Shown here: one piece after another, positions 1 through 11,734 of the stretch
Numbering within the stretch: the stretch's first letter is position 1
Layout: each line of letters opens with the position of its first letter
Source of the DNA: Octopus sinensis
Lineage: Eukaryota
Reading direction: 5' to 3'
DNA length: 64,000 bases
NCBI RefSeq assembly: GCF_006345805.1
Contig: NC_043002.1
Span: 27,838,001-27,902,000, forward strand
Notes under the pieces: generated by a model
Told to the model about the DNA's origin: nothing
What the model saw: the letters and a program-made list of their open reading frames with translations, nothing else
The model's database searches: none
Translations under genes and position numbers: made by a program

Positions 1-542
1 TGTTTTATCATTGGTTTGTTTGTTCTACCAAAATCGACACAGGGCCATGCAATAAAAAGTATAGCCACGAATACTGACGACTATGATATACACGAGTTTA
101 GAGGGAAACTTTAGGCAGTTGTTTTACCTTCCACATTTAGCATTAAACCTTTGTCAAATCATATCTCTCCGTTTTAAAAAGACTGGGGTGCACTGGATAA
201 TGTAGTCCGGGGTATTATTACGCCGCAAATCAAGGATAAAAACGATGATGCATATGGTTGCAACGCTTTATATCCGATATGGCTTGGATCTAGACTACAA
301 CTACAATACACACTCTATATTAAATTTTATTTTTATATGTAATCAGGAGAGAAGGAGGCTACTAAGGCCTTTTACCTGTCTTCTGAAATTGGTGGGAGGA
401 AATGGCAAAACTGACCCGAATGCTTGCAAAATATTGGATTCCACGAAAGCAAGTCAAGGTATCAAGTGGTAATGTTAAATCAGTCGCATGATAATATTTA
501 AATATATCCAAGTCTTCTATATGGAAGCATAATATAAATATA

Positions 543-724
543 TATTTCGTTTTTGCCCACAAGGGGCTAAACATAGAGGGGACAAACAAAGACAGACAAA
601 GTGATTAAGTCGATTAGATCGACCCTAGTGCGTAACTGGTACTATATTATTGACTTCGAAAGGATGAAAGGCAAAGTCGACCTCGGCGGAATTTGAACTC
701 AGAAAGTAACGGCAGACGAAATAC
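543..724 (-). mobile_element. tRNA-derived SINE family B, copy lacking its head
   Basis: Reverse complement of the family B body (gttctgagttcaaattccgccgaggtcgactttgcctttcatcctttcg...gtcccctct...agccccttgtggg) also seen at 25111 and 42313; directly abuts a second copy. Confidence 0.85.
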
Positions 725-935
725 CTATTTCTTTACTACCCACTAGGGGCTAAACACAGAGGGGACAAACAAGGCCAGACAAACGGATTAAGTCGACAAC
801 ATCGATCCCAGTGCGTAACTGGTACTGAGTTTATCGACCCCGAAAGGATGAAAGGTAAAGTCGACCCGGCGGAATTTGAACTCAGAACGTAACGACAGAC
901 AAAATACCGCTCAGCTTTTCGCTCAGCGCGCCGCC
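725..935 (-). mobile_element. tRNA-derived SINE family B, near full length
   Basis: Same family, includes the GGCGGCG head and a B-box-like GAGTTCAAATTCC on the minus strand; head-to-tail with 543-724. Confidence 0.85.
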
Positions 936-1368
936 TTTATATAAATATATTTATATTTATAATATAATATAAATACATTTATATATAGCATGTTGAGCTT
1001 AATTTATACTAGATAATTACTCTAAATGCAGATTAACTTCATTTGCACACGAAATTTGCTAGAAATAGCCACCAAATATTAGACCGTGTAGTCCAAGGTT
1101 CACTGTGTCTGAAAAGTTATGAAATTACTATAACCGGAATACATTAATCATATCTCATTGTGTTCAACGTTTTTTTGATGTCCTGTACCCATATATGCAT
1201 GTATAAATATGTATGTGTGTGTGTGTGTAGGTATGTACATATGTGTATGTATATATACATATATTTATATATTATTTATATTATTATATGATCGAACGTC
1301 ACGCATCCTTTTCCAAGTATATATAATTTTTCATTATTGAATTGATAAAAGGTGACTTTTTTCTAATT

Positions 1369-1435
<67 letters not shown>

Positions 1436-2253
1436 AATTAGCAGATGGGGGAAATCTCCCCCAACGAAGCTTCTCACTATATATAAATGTGTGTGTGTGT
1501 GTCCGTGCGTGTGTGTGCGCGCGTGCACGCATTTATATATCGCCGGCTGTAATTTAAAGGAGCGTTTGTTAGTATTTCTAGCAAGTCAAGCGTTTAAGAA
1601 AATCATTCGATGTCATCCGATAAATTACATAGGTTGATAAATATTTCCTCAGCATTTAACATTGCGTTTATAATCTTCTCGTGTTTTACCTCCCATAAAG
1701 AAATCAGATAACCCATGAAGCGATACTGAAATAGCAAATTAGTATACAATTATTTATGTACTTGTCCATTTTTTTTTTCTAAGTATTATGTTGCTACTCC
1801 ACAATTTTATCCAAGCTTACGCAGCGTGTAACACAAGAAAAAAGATTTATTGATATTACTTCGTTTATGCATACAGGCATACATGAGTGTATGTACTTGT
1901 GTATATATATATTGTGTGTGTGTGTGTGCGTGTGTGTAGGTGTTTATTATGTATGTTAAATTTGTATAATGTTTAGATAGTTCCTTACGAATACATTAGT
2001 ATGCAACCGTGCATGTTTTACGCAGGTGAACTGCACCATAATTAGATATGTCGCCTTGTTATAAGCTGTAATTACATACGAACGAATAGCAAGCTGACCA
2101 GCCCTGTCTCCATGTTTTATGCATGCATATGCATGTATACACACGTACACACACAAACGTACATCCGCACGCGCACACATATCTGAGTGCTATTTTCAGC
2201 ACCTTGTTTTATAGCTATATGCTCGCATGTATGTATGTATATATTAATATATA

Positions 2254-2459
2254 TACTCTTTTACTTGTTTCAGTCATTTGACTGTGGCCATGATTTAGTC
2301 GAGAAAATCGACCCCAGGACTTATTTTTTGTAAGCCTAGTACATATTCTATCGGTCTCTTTTGCCGAACCGCTAAGTTACGGGGACGTAAACACACCGGC
2401 GTCGGTTGCCATGCGATGTTGGGGGTGCAAATACAGACACACAAACATATACACTCACT

Positions 2460-2506
<47 letters not shown>

Positions 2507-2668
2507 CATATATACTTCAGGGTTCTTTCAGTTTCCGTCTGCCAAATCCACTCACTTTGGCCCGAGGCTATGGTAGAAAACGCTTACACAAGATGCCACG
2601 CAGTGGGACTGAACCCGGAACCATGTGGTTCGTAAGCAAGCTACTTACCACACAGCCACTGGTACGCC
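2254..2668 (-). mobile_element. tRNA-derived SINE family A (~420-450 bp, internal CA/TA microsatellite)
   Basis: Reverse complement of the intact + copy at 62796-63241: head with A box TGGCTGTGTGG and B box GGTTCAGTCC, tail GACTGAAACAAGTAAAAGAG. Confidence 0.9.
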
Positions 2669-2707
2669 TATAAAAATGATTTTCATTCAAAGAAATAAAA
2701 GAACAAG

Positions 2708-2778
2708 TTCCCATGCCGAGAATCGAACCCGGGCCGCCTGGGTGAAAGCTAGGGATCCTATCCACTAGTCCACATGGG

Positions 2779-2779
<1 letters not shown>
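2708..2779 (-). tRNA. tRNA-Glu(TTC) gene or recent pseudogene
   Basis: Minus strand reads TCCCATG TG GACT AGTGGATA GGAT C CCTAG CTTTCAC CCAGG CGGC CCGGG TTCGATT CTCGG CATGGGA A. 7-bp acceptor stem, TTC anticodon, intact T loop, TTTT 8 nt downstream. One D-stem (A:A) and one anticodon-stem (A:C) mismatch. Confidence 0.85.
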
Positions 2780-2809
<30 letters not shown>

Positions 2810-2815
2810 TATATG

Positions 2816-2846
<31 letters not shown>

Positions 2847-2913
2847 TTATATATATAATATATATATATATTATATATATATATATATCTATATATATAT
2901 ATACATATATTTA

Positions 2914-3001
<88 letters not shown>

Positions 3002-3006
3002 TATAT

Positions 3007-3069
<63 letters not shown>

Positions 3070-3075
<6 letters not shown>

Positions 3076-4190
3076 TTAGAGACAAAACCACTATTTTGCA
3101 AAACAAACAAGGAAAGACTTAATCAATACATAAAATTTTAATAAAAAGTCAAAAAAACCGCCACTACAATTGTTTCTTGTCTTGATCGACAATCTTCAGG
3201 TGGACTTCCAATCTAAAATATCAATATTTTAAAATATAAAAATAATAATTTTAAAATAATTAAAGTATTAATGAAAAAATATAAATATATAATCTATTTA
3301 TAACCTATATATAATCCACATATAATCAATATATAAACAATATATAAACTAAAATAAACCTATCAACAAATAAATATAAAATATAAAATATAAAATATAA
3401 AATATAAAACAAAACAAAAAATAAACTATATATACACCCATACACATAACTAATTATATATAACCATATCTAAATACATACACTAAATCACACACCTATA
3501 TATATATCCCTATACATACACATAAAAACGTCTAGGCAACGATAAATAAATAAAATAGCTAAATACTTCAACACAATACTTATTCATACTCCCTCACACA
3601 CACATACAACCCACATTCCCGCTCTAGAAACGGACATCACTTAAAATTATGAACGGAGAAATGGAATAAATGGAATTAAAAATTATATTCACTTGGTAAA
3701 ACGAACACTACTTAAAAATTATGAATGACATAATGCAATAAAACAACAGATATCGCAAATAGACACAAATTACTACGAATTCCTTAACAAAACTACCATG
3801 ATAAACCAAAACTCATAAAAACATATAATGATAAAATCTCCCTTTACTAAACTCTATAACATACCTATATAGCAATCCCCCTAACCTAAACATTCACACA
3901 CAAATACACACACGTAAACCACACACCCACGACATATACAAATACCCACCCCACTTACACATACCTATACATACATATAAACCTCAACATATACTCCAAA
4001 AACCCACTCAACCCCACACAGACAAATAAACACATACATCCCCAAACCTAAATAGCAAACCCATAAACACATTCACACACAAATATACATACGTAAAACA
4101 CACACCATATACATATACATACTCACCAAACTCGATATATACAACAATATTAACACACCCACATTTATTTATATATAAATTGTTGGTGTT
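3070..4190 (-). mobile_element. Penelope-like element family 1, 3' UTR/pLTR fragment
   Basis: Terminus gagacaaaaccactattttgcaaaacaaacaagg and the CA-rich UTR match the arms of the 44-51 kb element that carries a GIY-YIG ORF; contains an HHR. Confidence 0.8.
3161..3203 (-). ncRNA. Minimal type I hammerhead ribozyme (family 1)
   Basis: CCAC CTGAAGA TTGTC GATCAA GACAA GAAA CAATTG TA GTGG: stem I CCAC/GTGG, intact core, 5-bp stem II, palindromic ACAATTGT, GUA cleavage triplet. Confidence 0.85.
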
Positions 4191-4439
4191 TAGTTCAGAG
4201 GTGATCTAAATGGCTAGGTAGGCTGAGTAAATGCTGTAACGGATTACCAGGGCTCCAAGGTTATTAGCCGAGACATGGGTTATCGAACCATTGTAGAGTT
4301 CTGATGTAGCAGATATATAATGGCTAAAGAGGACAGTAAGCGTTAAGGTAAGTCAAACATCTCAAGTGATATACGTTATTATTATTGGTATTTAATTAGG
4401 TCGTTTTACATTCCGAAAAACAAAGTCCCACTGATTCCA

Positions 4440-5298
4440 GCTTTGCTTTCCTTATATATGTGTGTATATGTGTCTGTATTAATATGCATACACAGACACA
4501 GAAACACACATATGTTTAATTGTTAACAACAACGGAAAATTTGAAAGTCTTACGGCTGTTTCTGAGATATCCCAAAGTATGTGATATTCCGTCATTGGAG
4601 AAAAATACGGGAAATGAGAAGGGCAGACGTTAATGAAATGACAACATAGAAGACAGGATAAAAGGAATAAGAAGAAAACAGAAGCGTAAAGTTTCGCAGT
4701 TCAATTTCCCATTCGTGTAGATGTTAGTCCATAGGTGCAATCTTGTGTGAATCCATGTAGGTTAAAGTCTACATAAGTGTAAGTATCCGGAAATCATCAC
4801 GAACAAATGGACGTTCCGTAAGAGAATGGTAGCGGAGGTGGTTATTAAAGGGTAAAGAGAAAGAAAAATAAATGAATAGAAAGAGATGTAGAGAGTGTGG
4901 GGGAGGAAACCAAGGATTGGTATTAAGGATAAAGTAAGGTATATATGAATATAGCGTACAAAAATAACCAAGAAGATAAATAAATATGAAATAAATAAAT
5001 GAAAATGTATAGGGTTAAATGAGGAGAGAGGAGGAGGATGTAAAGAAACATAACGTAAAAAATAAAATAAAATGAAAGGGATTCAAAGAGAATAGGAGGT
5101 GCCAATGGTATTCTTTTATGCTGTATGAGTTGGGGAGGAAATCCAATAGTAAGTTTTTGTGTCCGTTTTACGGCCAAGGTCAGTGGCTGTAGAAATATTT
5201 TTAGCTATGGGGGTATGGGTGTGTAGGGAGTCGTGAACGAAGAAACCAGTTGAATGTTAAATTATTTAGGAATAAGAGTTACCACTAAATATTAGGGG
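4440..5298 (-). mobile_element. Penelope-like element family 2, 3' UTR/pLTR segment (inverted relative to its EN)
   Basis: Pyrimidine-rich UTR on the minus strand; decayed HHR at ~4545-4600 (..GATATCTCA GAAA CAGCCGTA AGACT) like those at 30186, 36061 and 55193; 5251-5298 is the reverse complement of ~5890-5940. Confidence 0.6.
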
Positions 5299-5305
5299 TA
5301 GAACT

Positions 5306-5791
5306 GATAACTGCAACTGCAGATCTGGGACCGACTTGCCGCTGCAAGCCCGTTGCAGAAGATTCAGCATCGTGTACCAATGCACCGTTCAGAACATAGT
5401 AAATAGCTCTAATAGCTATAATATTAGATTTATCACAAATTTTAAGCAAAAGTATTATGCACATTCAAACTAGTTTAAATATAAAGAGCATAGCAATTCC
5501 GCATCACTAGCCAGTTACGTACACCATCTGATTAATAGAAAAATATAATATGGGCTATCCTGGTCTATAATAGATTCTAGCATCCCGTACCAGGGCCAGC
5601 GCTCCACTTGTGGACTCTGCTTAAAGGAAGACCTCAAAATTTTAATCCATAACTCACCACAATCGCTTAATAAGCACAACGAAGCCCTCACAAAGTGTAA
5701 ACACAAATTCTTCCGCACTTTTAATTTCTTCCATAAATCCAAATGTAAATTCACCCCACCACGCTCACATACATACCTCCATGATCGTTAA
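5306..5791 (+). pseudogene. PLE GIY-YIG endonuclease domain remnant
   Basis: My translation of the frame starting at 5306: DNCNCRSGTDLPLQARC..IVYQCTV..FKQKYYAH..HSNSASLASYVHHL..WSIIDS..TCGLCLKE..LNKHNE..KCKH. In-frame stops at 5471 and 5546, YIG degenerate. Missed by the ORF track. Confidence 0.85.
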
Positions 5792-6629
5792 CACATACCC
5801 TTGTATATTTCTTCTCTCAACCTTACCTTAGTGCTTTATAAGATAAATGTTAATTCTTCAATTTATTTTTAAACCTTAACCTATAAAATCCCTTAATATT
5901 TAGTGGTAACTCTTATTCCTAAATAATTTAACATTCCAAAACAATAATTTAACATTCCTAAATAATTTAACAAGAGCCCAATGTTCGACTTTCATTTTAG
6001 CTCGAATAATGGTGGGGGGAAATTTTTAATTTAGAGAACAGTTTCGATCCAAGTTTCATTTTAGATTGTGACTACTTTATCTCCATACGTTATAGGATTT
6101 AATATGCATCAGCTATATTCAAATTACTGGTAACAAGTTTGTGTGAATGTGTGTGTGTGTGTGTGTATACGCGTGCGCACACGCGTGTATAAACATGTAT
6201 AAAAATACTTATATTCTTAGATTGCTTAAAATATCGAGTCTTTGTACTTTAATTACTTAATTAATTAATTACTTAATTGTTTAAGCCCTTACTGATTAGT
6301 GTCACCGTCGTGAATTGGAATTACAATCAAAATGTGTATAAAAATACGTCTTATAAATTAACTCATATCAACTACTAAATATTTTCCAACACTCAAATTA
6401 ATGACCTAATGTTTTGGACAGTTATCACATAAGTAGTGAGACAAACAATATGTGCACTAAATTCGTCGTAAAAGCTGTTTCGTTATCTTTTTAAAGAACA
6501 GAAGCGCCAATTGAATGCAAAAATTAGGAAATGACTACGTCGCTCTATCAAGCACATGGAGCAAAACACATTCATTCACCAATACTACGCCTTTGCATGT
6601 ATGCACAAATAGACACACACGCAAATAAG

Positions 6630-6667
<38 letters not shown>

Positions 6668-7197
6668 CATACATACATACATACATACATACATACATAC
6701 ATACATACATACATACATACATACATACATAGAGAGAGACAGACAGACAGATAGTGACAGAGCGAGACAGAGACAGGGGGAGGCAGAAACAGAGACAGTG
6801 ATAGAGAGAAGAATATGAACATAACATGTTACTTCTTGGTTTCAGCAGTTGTATGTGTTTCAGACAATCGAAAAAGGTTGTCTAAAGATAAGCTTGCTCC
6901 GCGTTCGCTCTATAATGTACATCCACTGGTCGCATCTATACAGTAACGTCATATATTGCCGGATATTGAAACATACGTAACAGATGAAATAAAGGAATAT
7001 CATGTTATGCCCGCTGGTATTGCTGTCCTCTTTCTACCATGTCATAGACCATCCTTCGATTGAGACAACTTGTGTGTACATGCGATGATGGCAGTACCTG
7101 GGACAAATTGGAACAGAAACCTAGAGGGAATAATTGTCGCGCGTCAAGCGCGTCCAATAATTTACACACACACATACACATACGCGCGCGCCCACGC

Positions 7198-7256
<59 letters not shown>

Positions 7257-7286
7257 ATATGTACGTATCCAGCAAGTAAGTATATA

Positions 7287-7382
<96 letters not shown>

Positions 7383-7408
7383 TACATATATACATATATA
7401 CATATATA

Positions 7409-7441
<33 letters not shown>

Positions 7442-7514
7442 CATATATATATACATATATATACATATATATATATACATATATATATATATACATACAT
7501 ATATACATATATAC

Positions 7515-7589
<75 letters not shown>

Positions 7590-7711
7590 TTTAATTATAT
7601 ATAAATCTTAATTTTTATGACTGTACCAACTAGAATGTCTGTCTGCTCCCTCAGCCGTACCCCTACCAGATACTGTCCTCTGTTATAATTTAATTAAAAT
7701 CTATGTCTTTG

Positions 7712-7825
7712 TGCAACTGAAGATTGCTCTGTCTTTTAAATTCATGTAATGTTCGCATTGTTCAATTAAATCGAGTTGCATGAAACGATCTTACTGCATT
7801 ACATCTTGATATCCTTGTTGCTTAT
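7712..7825 (+). mobile_element. Short HHR-bearing repeat (family 3), decayed
   Basis: TGCAA CTGAAGA..GAAA CGATCTTA CTGCA followed by gatatccttgttgcttatt; homologous to 36454-36569 and 55468-55590. Confidence 0.6.
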
Positions 7826-7938
7826 TGTGATATATATATATATAAACATTGGTCATTTACATTTGAGCACTTCTTTTTGCAGTCCTATAAACCCTTTTGT
7901 TTCTATAGAAATAGTCAAATATTATTTCTTGTTTCATG

Positions 7939-8058
<120 letters not shown>

Positions 8059-8696
8059 CATACTTACTTGCTGGATTACGTGCCTACCTTGAGAAATTAG
8101 CTACGAATTTCCCGTGTGCTTGGGTTTGTCAAATTTTCTGTTTGTTCAGTTTTTTTTTCAAATTTTCCGTGTTTTTGTGAAACATTCCGGTTTTCATGTT
8201 TTTATAAAAATTCTCATATATATATATATATGTATGTATGTATGTATATGTATTCATATATGTGTCTTTATGTGAATGACATATTCTTGCAGCCAAAGTG
8301 CGCGTGTCTAAAACTGACTGTATAGTTATGACAAGTGATATGGCTGACGGGAAAAATCGGTAGCTTGATTTTTTTAAAATTTTATATGCAATTGAAGTAT
8401 TAACAGTACAATCGAAATACTTAGAGAGGAGGATGTCAGTACATATACTTTAGTGACGACTATTTAGACAAAACTTATAAATTAAGTAGGTGTGAAGATA
8501 TTTCATGCATGTAGAATTAAATACGTTATCACTACCAATACAATTTCATAGATATTTATATTGATATTTAGAGATGGATAAATTGATACATACATACATA
8601 CATACATACATGCATGCATACATACATACATACATACTACATACATACATACATACATACATACATACGTACGTACGTGCGTGCGTGCGTGCGTGC

Positions 8697-8768
<72 letters not shown>

Positions 8769-9036
8769 ATGTGGGTATGTGTCCGTATACACGCGAATAC
8801 ACAGATATATATAGAATTAGTTAAATTAATATATTTCATACAATGGAGATTCAGAAATAAGTAAAAATAATTATTGAATAAAAGAAGAAAGATATATAAG
8901 CTTAATATGTGTATATGAATATGTGTGTGTATGTGTGTTTGTTTGTGTCTGTTTGAGTGTGTGAGCATGTAGTTTTATGTGTTTCTGTGTGTATGTATCT
9001 TAATGTTTGTTCTTATATGAAGTTATATTCCAAAAC

Positions 9037-9270
9037 TGGAAAGACAAGAGAATTGGAAAGACAAGAAAAGACGTCAACAAGAAACTATGGCATTACAACC
9101 AGCCAGGAACAGTCTTCGCCACATTTGCGGTACCTGCCAGAGGGAGTGTTTGTCCAGGATAGGACTACACAGCCACAGCAGGAAATGTATCAGGACATGA
9201 AATGTAAAAGCCGGACTAGACTACTTTATGCGTAACTCCATTGTCTCCCGAGACAAAAAGGATGCCAACA
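9037..9270 (+). mobile_element. RTE-clade LINE, 5'-truncated 3' end
   Basis: Encodes KRRQQ..HICGTCQRECLSRIGLHSHSRKCIRT* (RTE C-terminal CxxC..SRIGL.SH.R.C motif), tail actccattgtctcccgagac..ggatgccaac; flanked by 51-bp direct repeats. Confidence 0.85.
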
Positions 9271-9475
9271 TGTGTGTATGTATCTAAATGTTTGTTCTTA
9301 TATGAAGTTATACTCCAAAACAATTGAACATTTACTGAAGAACAACTCGATATTTTCTAGTAGACTGCTCTTTTTATATACTTTATAGCAGAAAGTAATC
9401 GCTACCATCAGACAAAATTTCCAAGTTACCGTCAAACTTTTCCTTTACACACACAAACATACATATATATATGCG

Positions 9476-9510
<35 letters not shown>

Positions 9511-9634
9511 GTGTGTGTGTGTGTAAGTATATATGTATGAATGTATGTATGTGTACGTATATGTATACATATATATACATATATATATAAACAGACACAC
9601 ACACACACACACACACATATATATTATATATATA

Positions 9635-9691
<57 letters not shown>

Positions 9692-9720
9692 ATATGTATG
9701 TATGTATGTATGTATATATA

Positions 9721-10972
9721 TTGGGTCATTAAGAATGAAATATCTGATTTTGAACTGAAAGTTTATTTTACTTTATCTCAACAAAAAGCAGTTCATGAAA
9801 CTATGCACGTAAGTTATTTACACAATTTTGTCATTTTATCGGTAGCTTATTTATGCCGGCAGCAAAGAATTCTGGAGAAGAAGAGGTGAAGAAATCACGA
9901 AAGGTTGTTTTCAGACTTGAAGTTTTCTCCATGCAAAAAGTTATCTGATGATGGAAAACGTGATAGTCAGTTGGTACAGAGCCCGGTAAATATGGTAGAT
10001 GACAGAGTACTTCCAACTTCAGTTGCTGTAACTTGAGTAATGTTCTTTGTGCAACATATGCTCGAGCATTGTCTTGCAAGAGAATTTACCTGTCTCTATT
10101 GACCAATCTCGGTTGTTTAATTGCAAGTTCACTCATTATTTCATCCAATTGGTTGACGTATCCCTCCGCTGTAATTAACGTAGCAGGTCTCATGAAGCTG
10201 TAGCGGATGATACCAGTGCTAGACCACCAAACAGATAGCATCAGCTTTTTTTAGTGAATATTCTTTTTTGAATTGTGTTTTGGCACTTCGTGTCTATCCA
10301 ACCACCGTGCAGATTGCTTGCTATTGTTGAAAAGAATTCATTTTTCATCACACGTAACAAAACGATGCAAAACTTGTTCGCTTTTATGCCGTAACAGAAA
10401 AGAACAGCAAGTTACAAGACGACGTGTCATTTGATGCTTGTTCAGTTCATGTGGTACCCACGTGTTCAATTCTTTACCTTGCCAATTTGTTTCAGATAGT
10501 GTAATACAGCTGAAATTGAAACATCAAATCTTGCTGCTAATTCAATACGTAGTTTAAGAGGTATCCACTTCAACTACAGTTTCCAGCTTATCATTATCCA
10601 CCTTGGTCTCAGGTCTGCCGCGCAGCAGATTTTCAAGAGTAATGGCACCAGATAATCGACATACAGTGTGCTCATTCACCACATCTTCACCAAACACCTT
10701 ATTGATGTTTCGAGCTGTCCGGGATGCATTGGTTCCACGATGGAACTCATATTAATAAACACGATTTTTTTTTATCTATCCAAGGGTTCACAAAAATTTA
10801 TTTACAAGAGAAAACTCACAATATAATCAAACACCATGAATAGCGTTTCGAAAAGGGATAATGTAATTCTTCAATGTTGTAAAACAAAGAACTGTCAGCA
10901 TAAAACATTAGAGTTAACGACCGTCAAACTTGGTGCATAACAAAATTGGACATTTCTTTCTTAATGACCTGA
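9721..10972 (-). mobile_element. Full-length decayed mariner (DD34D) transposon
   Basis: TIRs ttgggtcattaagaatgaaat / atttctttcttaatgacctga. Minus-strand remnants YEFHRGTNASRTARNINKVFGE, WVPHEL, VTCDEK, QDNARAYVA, HLPYLPGSVPTDYHVF; multiple frameshifts and stops. Confidence 0.92.
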
Positions 10973-11029
10973 TGTGTGTGTATGTGTATGTGCGCGTGTG
11001 TATGTGCGAATTGTGTGTGTGTGTGTGAA

Positions 11030-11392
11030 GGCGCACGGCTTAGTTGTTAGTGTGTCGATCTTACGATCGTAAGCTTGTGAGTTCGATACCCCGACCAGTC
11101 TGCGTGGTGTGTTCTTGAGCAAGACACTTTAGCTCACATTGCTCCACTTTACTCAGCTGTAAAAATGAATTGCCACGTCACTGGTACCAAGCTGTATCGG
11201 CCTTTGCCTTTCCGTTGGACAACGTCGGTGGCGTGGAGACTGGAGGCAGGTATGCATGGGCGACTGCCTGTCATCCTTAAAAACAACCCGAGGTTGCGCG
11301 TTCGCCGGTGAGGCGACTTTTTGCCCAGACTAACCCCGGAGAGGAAACGCTTAGATGTACCTATGGCCATTCGTGACCGACGAAGTCGAGTT
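11030..11392 (+). mobile_element. tRNA-derived SINE family C with conserved central domain
   Basis: Head ggcgcacggcttagttgttag..gagttcgataccc; central gtgttcttgagcaagacacttt..ttgctccactttactcagctgtaaaaatg resembling the central domains of animal SINE superfamilies; ends in (AGAT)n. Confidence 0.7.
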
Positions 11393-11438
<46 letters not shown>

Positions 11439-11464
11439 CATACATACATACATACATACATACA

Positions 11465-11496
<32 letters not shown>

Positions 11497-11529
11497 CATA
11501 TGCATACATCTATATATATATACATATAT

Positions 11530-11572
<43 letters not shown>

Positions 11573-11734
11573 TTATATTTTTTAAAGTTCAATAGGAGGT
11601 TAAATAAGCCTCATTAAGGGATAATAATATCCATTGAATTTACTGGTTTATTTCCTACTATTTATTTTGAATATTAATTTTAATACTCATAAATAGGTAA
11701 TTAGATAAATAGAAGTTTCTAGTCATTTATGAAA

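Noticed and set aside
2800-3070. Phase breaks (tt, aa) inside (TA)n arrays here and elsewhere as a possible code
   Set aside because: Consistent with slippage or long-read indel errors; no periodicity seen
5515-5754. 79-aa minus-strand ORF in the track
   Set aside because: Antisense shadow of the + strand GIY-YIG remnant
7010-7135. Minus-strand acceptors (ccctctag|G, gtcccag|G) with a possible 60-nt exon
   Set aside because: Weak donor and no recognisable peptide
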